Shown here piece after piece: positions 1 through 12,896 of a stretch of 64,000 nucleotides of DNA; the stretch's first letter is position 1, and each line of letters opens with the position of its first letter. Under the pieces are notes generated by a model that was not told where the DNA came from, searched no databases, and saw only the letters and a program-made list of their open reading frames with translations. Location: contig JASTWF010000035.1 of NCBI GenBank assembly GCA_030390025.1, positions 3,844,001-3,908,000 of the forward strand, written 5' to 3'. The position numbers and the translations under genes were made by a program. This stretch comes from Squalus acanthias. Lineage: Eukaryota.

Positions 1-1710
1 CATCAACTATCTCACTAGCCACTTCTTTTAAGACCCTAGGATGAAGTCCATCAGGATCTGGGGACTTGTCAGCCCGCAGCTCCAACAATTTGCTTAGTAC
101 CACTTCCCTGGTGATTGTAATTTTCTTGAGTTCCTCCCTCCCTTCCATTTCCTGATTTACAGCTATTTCTGGGATGTTACTTGTATCCTCTATAGTGAAG
201 ACCGATGCAAAATACCTGTTCAATTCAACTGCCATCTCCTTATTTTCCTTTATTAATTCCCCAGACTCACTTTCTATAGGACCAACGCTCACTTTGTTAA
301 CTCTTTTCTTTTTTAAATATCTATAGAAACTCTTACTATCTGTTTTTATATTTCTAGCTAGCTTTCTCTCGTACTCTAATTTTTCTCTCCTTAGTAATCT
401 TTTAGTCATTCTTTGCTGTTTTTTATATTCTGTCCAATCTTCTGACCTGCCACCCATCTTTGCGCAATTATATGCTTTTTCTTTAAGTTTGATACGATGT
501 TTAACTTTTTTAGTTAACCATGGATGGTGGGTCCTCCCCTTGGAATTTTTCATTCTCGTTGGAGTGTACATATTCTGTGTATTGTGAAATATCCCCTTAA
601 ATGTCTGCCACTGCAACTCTATTGACCTATCCCTTAACCTAATTTGACTGTTCACTTTAGCTAGCTCTGCTTTCATGCCCTCATAATTGCCCTTATTTAA
701 GTTTAAAATACTAGTCTTGGACCCACTCTTCTCTCCCTCAAACTGAATGTAAAATTCAATCATATTATGATCGCTGCTACCTAGGGCGCCTTCACTATGA
801 GGTCATTAATTAATCCTATCTCGTTGCACAATACCAGGTCTAGTATAGCCTGCTCTCTGGTTGGCTCCAGAACGTGCTGTTCTAAGAAACTATCCCGAAA
901 ACATTCTATGAACTCCTCATCTAGGCTACCTTTGCCCATCTGATTTTTCCAGTCTATATGTAGATTAAAATCCCCCATTGCCGTACCTTTCTGACAAGCT
1001 CCCATTATTTCTTCCTTTATACTCCATCCTACCGTGTGGTTACTGTTAGGGGGCCTGTACACCACTCCCACAAGTGACATCTTGCCTTTATCATTTCTCA
1101 TCTCTACCCAAACCGCTTCTACATCCTGGTTTCCTGAACTTTGGTCATCCCTCTCTATTGTGCTAATACCATCATTAATTAACAGAGCCACCCCTCCACC
1201 TTTTCCTAGCTTCTTGTCCTTCCTAAATGTCATGTACCCTTCAATATTCAGGTCCCAATCTATGTCATCCTGCAGCCATGTTTCTGTAATGGGTATCAGA
1301 TCGTACTTATTTATTTCTATTTTCGCTATCAGTTCATCTGTTTTGTTTCGAATGCTACGTGTATTCAGATGCAGAGCCTTTAGTTTTGTCCTCTTATTAT
1401 TTTTGTAACCTCTAGCCTTAACTGTTGATTTACTCTTAGATTTGTACTCTCTATCCCTTCCTGTCACGGTCTGTTTATCATTTCCCATATTAATACCTTT
1501 CTCTCTTGCCTTGTCTCTACTCTTTGATTGACCACATCTTCCCAAATTTGATCCCTTGCCCCCACTATTTAGTTTAAAGCCGTCTCTACCGCCCTAGTTA
1601 TATGACTCGCCAGAACACTGGTCCCAGCACGGTTCATGTGAAGACCGTCCCACTTTCCCCAGTACTGGTGCCAGTGCCCCAGGAATCGAAACCAATTTCT
1701 CCCACACCAG
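1..1710 (-). mobile_element. CR1 LINE fragment (ORF1 C-terminus, spacer, ORF2 APE endonuclease), running off the left edge
   Basis: ORF 781..1545 has APE motifs LNTRSIRNK, ITETWL, GGGVALL, VYRPP, GDFN, LDLVL; the ORF1 end AVETALN* pattern lies near 1570-1600. Confidence 0.9.
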
Positions 1711-1719
1711 TCTTTGAGT

Positions 1720-2411
1720 TAATGTGCATAGGTCCCTGAAGGTGGCAGGACATATTGAGAGGGTGGTTAGCAAAGCATATGGGATCTTGGGCTTCATAAA
1801 TAGAGGTATTGAGTACAAAAGTAGAGAGGTTATGCTGAAACTTTATAAAATGCTGGTTAGGCCACAACTGGAGTATTGCATCCAGTTCTGATCACCACAC
1901 TTTAGGAAGGATGTGAAGGCCCTTGAGAGGGTGCAGAGGAGAATTACCAGAATGGTTCCAGGGATGGGGGATCTTAGCTACAAGGACAGGTTGGAGAAGC
2001 TGGATTTATTTTCAGTAGAGCAAAGGAGGTTGAGGGTTGATTTGATAGAGGTGTACAAGATTATGATGGGTTTGGATAGGCTAGACGGGGAAAGGCTGTT
2101 CCCACTAGTTGATGGTACAAGGACTAGGGGACACAGATTTAAGGTTTTGGGCAAGAGATACAGGGGGGATGTGAGGGAAAACTTTTTTACGCAGCAAGTG
2201 GTGAGGACCTGGAACTCGCTGCCGACGGAAGTGGTAGAAGCGGAGACACTCAATGTTTTCAAGGGGAGACTGGATAGGCACTTGAGGGAAATAAACTTGC
2301 AGGGCCACGGGGATAGAGCGGGGGAATGGGACTGACTGGATTGCTCTACAGAGAGCTGGCACGGACGTGATGGGCCGAATGGTCTCCTTCTGTGCCGTTA
2401 TGACTCTATGA
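1720..2411 (+). mobile_element. CR1 LINE 3' end, 5'-truncated
   Basis: ORF 1913..2335 has the CR1 C-terminus (ERVQRR, RRLRxDLIEVYKI, TRGH, FFTQ..WNSLP) followed by a TATGACTC tail. Confidence 0.9.
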
Positions 2412-4850
2412 GAAGGAGGCCATTCGGCACATCGTGCTTAAGCCAGCTCTTTAAAAGAGCTATCCAATTTAGTCCCGCACCCCTGATTTTTTCCCATAAC
2501 CCTGCAAATTAGTTCTTTTTAAAGACATGTCCAATTGCCTTTTAAAAGTGCATATGAAATCTGCTTCCAGCACCTTTTCACATAATGCGTTCCAGACCTT
2601 AACAAGCCTGTGTGTGAAAAAATGTCTCCTCATTTCCCCTCTAGTTCTTCTGCCAATTATAAATCTATGACTTCTGGTCACCGACCCACTTGCCAGAGGA
2701 AACAGTTTAAGAATATAAGAATTAGGAGCAGGAGTAGGCTATACGGCCCCTCGAGCCTGCGCTGCCATTCAGTAAGATCGTGGCTGATCTTTGACCTCAA
2801 CTCCACTTTCCTGCCCGATCTCCATATCTCTTGATTCTCCTAGAGTCCAAAAATCTATCTCTCTGAGCTTGAATATACTCAACGATTCAGCATCCACAGC
2901 CCTCTGGGGTAGAGAATTCCAAAGATTCACAACCCTCTGAGTGAAGAAATTCCTCCTCGTCATCTTAAATAGCCAACCCCTTATCCTGAGACTATGCCCC
3001 CTAGTTCTAGACTCTCCAGCCAAGGGAAACAACCTCTCAGTATCTACCCTGTCAATCCCTCTCAGAATCTTATATGTTTTAATGAGATCATCTCTCATTC
3101 TTCTAAACTCCAGAGAGTATAGGCCCAATCTACTCAATCTCTCCTCATAGGACAACCCTCTCATCCAGGAATCAATCTAGTGAACCTTTGTTGCACCAGC
3201 TCCTCAGATAAGGAGACCAGAACTGTGCACAGTACTCCAGGTGTGGTCTCACCAAGACCCTGTACAATTGTAGCAAGACTTCCTTACTCTTGTACTCCAA
3301 CCCCCTCTCAATAAAGGCCAACACGCCATTTGCCTTCCTAATTGCTTGCTGTACCTGCATGCTAACTCTCTGTTTCCTGTATGAGGACACCTAAATCTTC
3401 CTGAACACCAACATTTAAAAGTTTCTCACCATTTAAAAAATATTCTGTTTTTCTATTCTTCCTACCAAAGTGAATAACCTCACATTTCCCCACATTATAC
3501 TCCATCTGCCACCTTATTGCCCACTCACTTAACATGTTTATATCCCTTTGTAGGCTCTTTGTGTCCTCCTCACAGCTTACTTTCCCACCTTGCTTTGTAT
3601 CGTCAGCAAACTTGGATACATTACACTCGGTCCATTCATCTAAGTCATTAATATAAATTGTAAATAGCCGAGGCCCAAGCACTGATCCTTGCGGCACCCA
3701 CTAGTTACAGCCTGCCAACCTGAAAATGACCCGTTTATTCCTACTCTCTGTTTTCTGCCTGTTAACCAATATAATACCCTTCAGCCCCTTATCTTGCGTA
3801 ACAACTTTTTATGTGGCACCTTATCGAATGCCTTTTAGAAATCCAAATATATAAATCTGTTAAACCCGATTTCCCTTTCATAAAACCATGTTGACTCTGC
3901 CTAATCATATTATGATTTTCTAAATGCCCTGTTACCACTTCCTTACTTTCTCCCTACTTGCTCTATCAAAACCCCTCATAATTTTGAAAACCTCTATTAG
4001 GTCTCTCGGTAAACTTCTCTGCTCTAAGGAGAGCAATCCCTGCTTCTCCAATCTCTCCACATAACTGAAGTCCCTCATCCCTGGTATACTGGTAAACCTC
4101 CTCTGTACCCTCTCCAAGGCCTTGATATTCTTCCTGAAGTGTGGTGCCTAGAATTGTACACAATACTCCAGCTGAGGTCTAACCAGTGATTTGTAAAGGT
4201 TTAGCATAACTTCCTTGTTTTTGTATTCAGTGACCCTATTTACAAAGCCAAGTATCCCATATGCTTTCTTAACAGCCTTATCAACTTGCCCTGCCACCTT
4301 CCAAGCTTTGTGAATATGCACCCCCAGGTCCCTCTGCTCTTGCACCCCCCATTTAGATTATACTGCCCCTCCATGTTGTTCCTCCCAAAGTGCATCACTT
4401 CACACTTATCCGCATTAAATTGCATCTGTTATGTGTCTGCCCATTTCACCAGTCTACATCCTCCTGAAGTCTGCTACTATCATGCTCACTATTTCTACGT
4501 TGCCAAGTTTTGTATCATCCGCAAACTTTGAAATTGTACTCCCAGGTCATTTATATATAACAAGAAAAGCAATGGTCCTAATACCGACCCCTGGGGGACC
4601 CCACTGTATACTTCTCTCCAGACAGAAAAACATCCATTCACCACTACTCTCTGCTTTCTATCCCTTAGCCAGTTACATGCCCAAGTTACCACCGTCCGTT
4701 TAATCCCATGTGCTTCTATTTTCCGAATAAGTACCTTATCAAATCCATTTGAATGTCCATATATACAACATCTACTTAGTACCTTCATCAACACTCTCTG
4801 TTACTTTAATCAAAGAATTCTATCAGGTTAGTCAGACACAATTTGCCTTT
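2412..4850 (-). mobile_element. Stack of three decayed CR1 RT/3' fragments
   Basis: ORFs 2469..2681, 2769..3164, 3362..3697 ([12 protein letters not shown]), 3932..4345 and 4495..4794. Confidence 0.85.
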
Positions 4851-5005
4851 AACAAAGTTGTTTGGTAAACTTGCTTTTTGTTCTGGATTTGGTGTTGGTG
4901 TTTATATTTGTTGTGAAGTGAGAGCTGGACTGAAGGAAGGCGATGGGATGGTGGTGATTAGGATTGTGGGACTGTTGGTGTATTGGGGATGGGACGGATG
5001 GTTCA

Positions 5006-5163
5006 GGTGAAGTACTCTTCAATGAGCTGCTCTCTGAGAGCTCTGGCAGCTCGGGGCACTGATAGTCGATGCCTCTCCTGCTCTTCCTCCTCTTCATGCT
5101 CCTCCTCCTGTTCTTACTGCACTTATTGCTGCCCATGTAGAGGTAAAGGCTGGTTCCTCATGA
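5006..5163 (-). mobile_element. PIF/Harbinger transposase C-terminal fragment (piece 4 of 4)
   Basis: Minus strand reads MRNQPLP..EQEEEHEEEEEQ..AARALREQLIEEYFT*, an acidic tract followed by the typical Harbinger R..LI...F end. Confidence 0.65.
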
Positions 5164-5896
5164 TCATAGAATGTTACAGCACAGAAGGAGGCCATTCAGC
5201 CCATCGTGTCTGTGTCAGCTCTTTCAAAGAGCTATCCAATTAGTCCCAATCCTCAGCCCTTTCCCCATAGATCTGCAAGTTTTTCCTTTTCAAGTATTTT
5301 TACAATTCCTTTTTGAAAGTTATTATTGAATCTGCTTCCACCATCCTTTCAGGCAGTGCATTCCAGATCACAACAACTCACTATGTAAAAAAAATCTCGT
5401 CATCTCCCCCCTACTTTTTTTGCCAATTTTATATCTGTGTCCTCTGGTTACCGACTCTTCTGCTACTGGAAACATTACTCTATCAAAACCCTTCATAATT
5501 TTGAACACCTCTATTAACTCTCCCCTTAACCTTCTCTGCTCTAAAGAGAACAACCCCAGCTTCTCCAGTCTCTCCACATAACTGAAGTCACTTATCACTG
5601 GTACCATTCTAGTAAATCTCTTCTGTACCTTCTCTAGGCCTTGACATCCTTCCTAAAGTGTAATACCGAGAATTGAACAACATACTCCAGCTGAGGCCTA
5701 ACCAGTGTATTATAAAGGTTCAGCATAACTTGCTTGCTTTTGTATGCCTCTATTAACAAAGCCAAGGATTCCTTATGCTTTTTTAACAGCCTTCCTAATT
5801 TGTCCTGCCACCTTCAAAGATTTGTGTAAGTACAACCCACAAGTTGAGTTCATATTGCCTCCCCTCATTCTTCCTGCCAAAATGTATCACTTCACA
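5164..5896 (-). mobile_element. CR1 3' fragment
   Basis: ORF 5368..5607 (ERLEKLGLFSLEQRRLRG) and the CR1 3' tail. Confidence 0.85.
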
Positions 5897-5897
5897 A

Positions 5898-6152
5898 GTG
5901 GCGCAGTTGTGGATCATGCAGCAGACAGCCACAAATTTGGATCCTGCTCGGATTTACTGTGAAACTCCTTTAGAAAGGTCCTGGCAATGGAAACATTGCT
6001 TTAGAGCACCGATTGTTTGCTCAGTAATGTTTCTTGTGGCAACATGGCTCTCGTTGTAGGCCAGCTCTGCAGCCATGCCTGGGTTCCTGACAGAGAATCA
6101 TGAGCCATATCCGGAGGGGATAGCCCTTGCTGCCCAGTAGCCAGCCTGTAAC
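5898..6152 (-). mobile_element. PIF/Harbinger DDE transposase fragment (piece 3 of 4)
   Basis: Minus strand reads GWLLGSKGYPLRIWLM..AYNESHVATRNITEQTIGALKQCF..VAVCCMIHN, matching the Harbinger motifs GDKGYPL, YN..H..TR..IE..IG.LK.RF and CC.LHN. Confidence 0.85.
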
Positions 6153-6155
6153 TTA

Positions 6156-9100
6156 ACATAGAAGATAGGAGCAGGAGTCGGCCATTCGGCCCCTTGAGCC
6201 TGTTCCGCCATTCGATGAGATAATGGCTGATCATCCAAACTCAGTACCCTGTCCCTGCTTTCTCCCCATATCCCTTGATCCCTTTAGCCTTAAGAAATAT
6301 ATCTAACTCCTTCTTGAATATATTTAATGAATTGGCCTCAACTGCCTTGTGTGGTAGAGAATTCCACAGGTTCACCACTCTCTGGGTGAAGAAATTCCTC
6401 CTCATCTCAGTCCTAAATGGCTTACCCCTTATCCTTAGACTGTGACCCCTGGTTCTGGACTCCCCTGTCATCGGGAACATCCTTCCTGCATCTAGTCTGT
6501 CTAGTCCTGTTAGAATTTTATAAGTTTCAATGAGATGCCCTCTCTTCTGAACTCTAGCGAATATAAGCCTAATCAACCCAATCTCTCTTCATACGTCATT
6601 CCTGCCATCCCAGGTATCAGTCTGGTGAATCTTCGCTGCACTCCCTCCATGGCAAGAACATCCTTCCTCAGATAAGGCGACCAAAACTGCACACAATACT
6701 CAAGATGTGGTCTCACCAAGACCCTGTACAACTGCAGCAAGACATCTTTGCTCCTGTACTCGAATCCTCTCACTATGAAGGCCTACATACCATTTGCCAT
6801 CTTAACCACCTGCTGCACCTGCATGCTTACCTTCAGCGACTGGTGCACAAGGACTCCCAGATCTCGTTGCACTTCCCCTTTTCCCAATCTATTGCCATTC
6901 AGATAATAATCTGCCTTCCTGTTTTTGCCACCAAAGTGGATAACCTCGCATTTATCCACATTATACTGCATCGGCTGTGCATCTGCCCAATCACCCAACC
7001 TGTCCAAATCATACTGGAGTTTCTCTGCATCCTCCTCACAACACACACACCCACCCAGCTTTGTGTCGTCTGCAAACTTGGAGATATTACATCTAGTTCC
7101 CTCGTCTAGATCATTATATATATTGTGAATAACTGGGGTCCTAGCACCGATCCCTGCGGTACCCCACTCGTCACTGCCTGCCACTCGGAAAAAGACCCGT
7201 TTATTCCAACTCTTTGCTTCCTGTCTGCCAACCAGTTCTCTATCCAAGTCAGTACCTTACCCCCAATCCCATGTGCTTTAACTTTGCACGCTAATCTCTT
7301 ATGCTGGACCTTATCGAAAGCCTTCTGAAAGTCCAAATACACCACATCCACTGGTTCTCCCTTATCTATTCTACCGGTTACATCCTCAAAAAATTCCAGT
7401 AGATTAGTCAAGCATGATTTAACTTTTGTAAATCCATGTTGACTTTGTCTGATCCTGTCACTGTTTTCCAAGTGCTCTGCTATTACATCTTTTATAATGG
7501 ACTCCAGCATTTTCCCCACTACCGATGTCAGGCTTACCGGTCTATAATTCCCCGTTTTCTCTCTACTACCTTTTTTAAATAGTGGGGTTACATTAGCTAC
7601 CCTCCAATCCACGGGAACTGTTCCAGAGTCTATAGAATTTTGGAAGATGACCAGCAATGCATCTACTATTTCTAGGGCCACTTCCTTAAGTACCCTAGGA
7701 TGTAGATTATCAGGCCCTGGGGATTTATCGGCCTTCAATCCCGTCAATTTCCCTAACACCATTTCCCTACAAATACTGATTTCATTCAATTCCTCCCTCT
7801 CATTAGACCCTATGTTCCCTGACATCTCTGGGAGGTTATTTGTGTCCTCCTTTGTGAAGACAGAACCAAAGTATGTATTTAATTGGATTGCCATTTCTTT
7901 GTTCCCCATTATAAATTCCCCTGATTCTGACTGCAAGGGACCTTCGCTTGACTTCAGCAATCTTTTTCTCTTCACATATCTATAGAAGCTTTTACAGTCA
8001 GTTTTTATGTTCCCTGCAAGCTTACTCTCATATTTTATTTCAACCCTCTTAATTAATCCCTTTGTCCTCCTTTGCTGAATCCTAAACTGCTCCCAATCCT
8101 CAGGTTTGCTGCTTTTTCTGGCCAATTTATGTTTATGCTATCCCTAATTTCCCTTGTTAGCCACGGTTGAGTCACCTCTTTTGTTTTATTTTTGTGCAAA
8201 ACAGGGATGAACAAATTCTGTAGTTCATCCATGCGATCTTTAAATGTTTGCCATTGCCTATCCACCATCAACCCTTTAAGTATCGCTCCCCAATCCATCC
8301 TAGCCAACTCGCGCCTCTTACCATCGTAGTTTCCTTTATTTAAATTCAGGACCCTAGTCTCTGAGTCAACTACTTCACTCTCCATCTTAATGAAGAATTC
8401 TATCATATTATGATCGCTCCTCCCCAAGGGGCCTCGCACAACAAGATTGCTAATTAATCCTTTCTCATTACATAATACCCAGTCTAAGATGGCCTGATCT
8501 CTAGTTGGTTCCTCGACATATTGGTCCAGGAAACCATCCCGTATACATTCTAGGAATTCCTCCTCCACAGTATTGTTACTAATTTGGTTAGCCCAATCTA
8601 TATGTAGATTTAAGTCACCCATGATAACTGCTGTGCCCTTATTGCACACGTCTCTAATTTCCTGTTTAATGCCATTCCCAACCTCAGCATTACAGTTTGG
8701 GGGTCTGTATACAACTCCCACTAACGTTTTCTGCCCCTTGGTATTTCTCAGCTCTACCCATACAGATTCCACATCATCAGAGCTAATATCCTTCCTTACT
8801 ATTGTGTTAATCTCCTCTTAACCAGCAATGCTACCCCACCTCCTTTTCCTTTTTGCCTGTCCTTCCTGAATATTGAATACCCCTGGATGTTAAATTCCCA
8901 GCCTTGGTCACCCTGGAGCCATGTCTCCGTAATCCTAATTATATCATATCCGTTTACATCTATTTGCACAGCTAATTCATCCACCTTATTACGAATGCTC
9001 CTCGCATTAAGACACAAAGGGGTAGAAATTAGGTCGCGCCCCATTTGGGGCGCAAATATCGTCCGGACGCAAATATTAGCGCCTGGCGCTAATTATCGGC

Positions 9101-11433
9101 ACTGACGGGAAACTTCACTTTTACCGCCCCGGGAGGTGAGTGGAGCGCTAAAGCAGGCGCTGCACACCTCTCTTAAGGCGCAAAGGCCGAGCAGTGAGGC
9201 GCTAACTCGGAGCGCTGGCGAAGCTCATGTAATGTCAGTCAGCAATGGAACACACACACAATGGCACGGGCCAGTTCTTAAAGGGGATGGTTAATCTTGC
9301 TTTCCATCCACATCCTGTTCATTGCTGCCTTGAATCTCGGCCTGGAGAGACTTGCACATCAAATGTGCTGGAAAGAACAATGGAGAGCACCAGGCAAAGA
9401 GCTCAGAGTGCAGCTCCCACGGTCTCTGCTAAATCGATACAAGGAATGGCAAATCAAAATGAACCTGCAAAGTGCTGCTCAGTACCCAAAACTCCTTCAC
9501 ACAACGTTGAATCTCTCCAGAAGTCTCTCCCTCTCTCTCTCAGAATGCGTAGTTCAAAAATGCCACCAACAATAAAAGACAGGAAGAGGCCCCCTTTAAA
9601 TAGCGCCCCCCCCAGCCCCACAGCGATTGATAGCGTTCCAGTCTTCTGGTCGTTGGAAGCGCCAGGCGGTAAGGCGGGGGGCGCCACTCAATTTCCGCTA
9701 CGGGGCGCCCCAAGGGCGTTGCACCATGGAATGACGTCACAATCTGCGCGCGCAGGTGGTCGCAGCGGTAAGTTTTAGCGCCGCCGCACAATCTCAAGTT
9801 AAGTTCTCGAGCGGCGCAAACATCGCTGCGCCCGGGCGTTAGCGGCTTTGCGCCCCATTAGCGCCCTCTTAAGGCGCTAACGGGTGGCGCAACCAAGTGA
9901 ATTTTTACCCCAAAGCCTTCAGGCTTGTTTTTTTAACACTCTTAGTCCTTTTAGAATTATTATTTACTGTAGTCCTGTTTGATTTACACCCTTGATTTCT
10001 CTGCCTTCCACTTTTGCTTTTCTCCTTCCTGTCTTTTGTTTCTATCCTTGCTTCCCTTTCCTCTGTCTCCCTGCACAGGTTCCCAAACCCCTGCCATTTT
10101 AGTTTAAACCCTCCCCAACAGCACTAGCAAACACTCCCCCTCGGACATCGGTCCTGGTCCCGCCCAGGTGCAAACCGTCCAGTTTGTACTGGTCCCACCT
10201 CCCCCAGAACCGGTTCCAATGTCCCAGGAATTTGAATCCCTCCCCCTTGCACCATTCCTCTAACCACGCATTCATCTGAAATATCCTTCTATTTCTACTC
10301 TGACTAGCACGTGGCACTGGTAGCAATCCTGAGATTACTACCTTTGAGGTCCTATTTTTTAATTTACCTCCTAACTCCCTATATTCAGCTTTTAGGACCT
10401 CATCCCGTTTTTTACCTATATCGTTGGTACCTATATGCACCATGACAACTGGCTGTTCACCCTCCCCCTCCAGAATGCCCTGCAGCCGCCCCGAGACATC
10501 CTTGACCCTTGCACCAGGGAGGCAACATAACATCCTGGAGTCTCGTTTGCGGCTGCAGAAACGCCTATCTATTCCCCTTACAATAGAATCCCCTATCACT
10601 ATAGCTCTACCCCTCTTTTTCCTCCCGTCCTGAGCAGCAGAACCACCCAAGGTGCCAGGAAATTGGCTGCTGCTGCCTTCCTCCGATAAGCCATCTCTCT
10701 CAACAATATCCAAAGTGGTATATCTGTTTGAGAGGGGGATGGCCACAGGGGACCCCAGCACTACCTGCTTGCGCCTACTACTCTGCCTGGCGGTCACCTA
10801 TTCCCTTCCTGCATGTGCAGCCTTTACCTGCTGTGTGACCAACTCATTAAACGTGCTATCCACGATGTCCTCAGCATCGCGAATGCTCCAGTATGTATCC
10901 ACTCGCAGCTCCAGCGCCGCAATGCGGTCTGCCAGTAGCTGCAGCTGGATACACTTCCCGCACACATGGTCGTCAGGGACACAGGAAGTGTCCCTGATTT
11001 CCCACATAGTGCAGGAGGGGCATGCCACAGGGCCGAGCTGTGCTGCCATGACTTGCCCTTTAATTTAAATTAAATTAAATCAAATCAATACCTCTAATTA
11101 CACTACAATTAAATGATATACTCAAGGGCCCTTGTTTACTAGCACTCCCCGCTACACAACAGAGACCTTGGAAACTATAACCACAAAAATTAAGACCGTC
11201 TAAACTTTATAAACTATTAACCTTAACTGTCAAACTATAGACTAGTATAAATACTCACCTGGCCGTACTCACCCAATCAGCTGCTTCCTCTTGCCCGCAT
11301 CACTTTTTGAATCGTGACGTGGCTCTGGAACGCCGCCGCCGGTCTGCGAGATTGGTAAGCCTCTGAAAAAAAGCCCGCGAAAGTGAGTTTAAATACTCAC
11401 TGTTCTCTCCTGTTGCTCCCGACACCGGCCTCT
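6156..11433 (-). mobile_element. Near full-length CR1 LINE (5'UTR, ORF1 zinc finger/esterase, frameshifted ORF2), interrupted by a MITE
   Basis: ORF1 at 10798..11049 (CxxC..CxxC) and 10099..10797 (IGDS, HIGTND, DGLHL SGNH esterase); ORF2 pieces at 8799..9044, 8053..8772, 7106..8125, 6783..7247 and 6241..6773; 3' tail at about 6156. Confidence 0.93.
9019..9911. mobile_element. Non-autonomous Harbinger-type DNA transposon (MITE), 893 bp
   Basis: TIRs GGGGTAGAAATT / AATTTTTACCCC; 3-bp AAA duplication (9016-9018, 9912-9914), confirmed by the uninterrupted related CR1 at about 32930-32950. Confidence 0.85.
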
Positions 11434-11435
11434 TG

Positions 11436-11897
11436 ATGACCTAGTTGGAATAACGGCAGAATATATGACTGGCGCAAGTTGAAAAAGTCATGACTGGAAA
11501 CTGGGCACAGACCTGCGTGATCTGCTGCTTGTGGTCACAAACCAGACAGCTTATTCTGTTGCTAAAGATGCCAGGCAGGTTATGGGGAACACGCAACGCA
11601 ATGTGGGTGTAGGCTATGGCACCTTGCACCCCAGTGTGCTACCATCCTGCTTCGCTCTGTCCTTGGGTAATGAACTGTTAAGAGTTCCTCCTGGTGTGGA
11701 GAGCCTTGGTGACCTCCCTGATACAGCAGTGGATTGCGAAGTGTAATATATCCTGATGTCATCTGCTGCAGCTTGGAACTAACCCGTGGCATAAAAGTTG
11801 AGGGCAACTGTGACCGCGACAGCCACAAGCAGTGCTGTCCATGCCCTGGTGCGAGGCTTGACTTGTGGCTGCAACAGGTGGCATTGCTCGTTGAAGG
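11436..11897 (-). mobile_element. PIF/Harbinger transposase fragment (piece 2 of 4)
   Basis: Minus strand reads CHLLQPQ..TAL.VAV.VTVALNFYATG*FQ and VQGAIAYTHIALR..LVCDH..QVCAQFP (the GAIDCTH motif, decayed). Confidence 0.85.
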
Positions 11898-12893
11898 CCT
11901 TCTTGATCAGGTGGGCAGAAAAGTGGCAAATAGAATTAAATCCGGAGAAGTGTGAGGTAATGCATTTGGAGAGGGTTAACAAGGCAAGGGAATACACTAT
12001 AAATGATAGGACACTGAGAAGTGTAAAGGAACAGAGAGACCTTGGAGTGCATGTCCACAAATCCCTGAAGGTAACAGGACAAGTAGATAAGGTGGTCAAG
12101 AAAGCATACGGGATACTTTCCTTTATTAGCTAAGGCATAGAATATAAGAGCAGGGAGGTTATGCTTGAACTGTACAAAACACTAGTTAGGCCACAGCTAG
12201 AATACTGCGTGCAGTTCTGGTCACCACATTACAGGAAAGATGTGATTGCACTAGAGAGGGTACAGAGCAGATTTACGAAGATGTTGCCAGGACTGGAGAA
12301 TTTTAGCTATGAGGCTGGGGTTGTTTTCTTTGGAACAGAGAATGTTTTCAAGGGGAGACTGGATAGGCACTTGAGGGAAATAAACTTGCAGGGCTACGGG
12401 GATAGAGCGGGGGAGTGGGACTGACTGAATTGCTCTACAGAGAGCCGGCACGGACTTGATGGGCCAAATGGCCTCCTTCTGTGTCGTTATGACTCTATGA
12501 GAGGAGGCTGAGGGGAGACCTAATTGAGGTGTATAAGATTATGAGGGGCCTAGATTGAGTGGATAGGAAAGACTTATTTCCCTTAGCAGAGAGGTCAATA
12601 ACCAGGGGGCATAGATTTAAAATAATTGGTAGAAGGATTAGAGGGGATTTGAGGAGAAATTTTTCTCACCCAGAGGGTGGTGGAGGTCTGGAACTCCCTG
12701 ACTGAAAGGGTGGTAGAGACAGAAACCCTAATCGCATTTAAAAAGTACTTGGATATGCACTTAAAGTGCCGTAACCTACAGGGCTACGGACCAAGAGCTG
12801 GAAAGTGGGATTAGGCTGGATAGCTCTTTTTCAGCCGGCACAGATACAATGAGCCGAAAGGCTTCCCTTCTGTGCTGTAAATTTCTATGATTC
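11898..12893 (+). mobile_element. CR1 3' fragment with a nested CR1 tail at about 12340-12499
   Basis: ORFs 11798..12133 and 12161..12424; the inner segment matches the 2250-2411 tail family. Confidence 0.85.
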
Positions 12894-12896
12894 TAA

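Noticed and set aside
9245..9778. Conserved ORFs repeated at 48922-49302
   Set aside because: The similarity reflects two copies of one MITE; there are no transposase or other recognisable motifs
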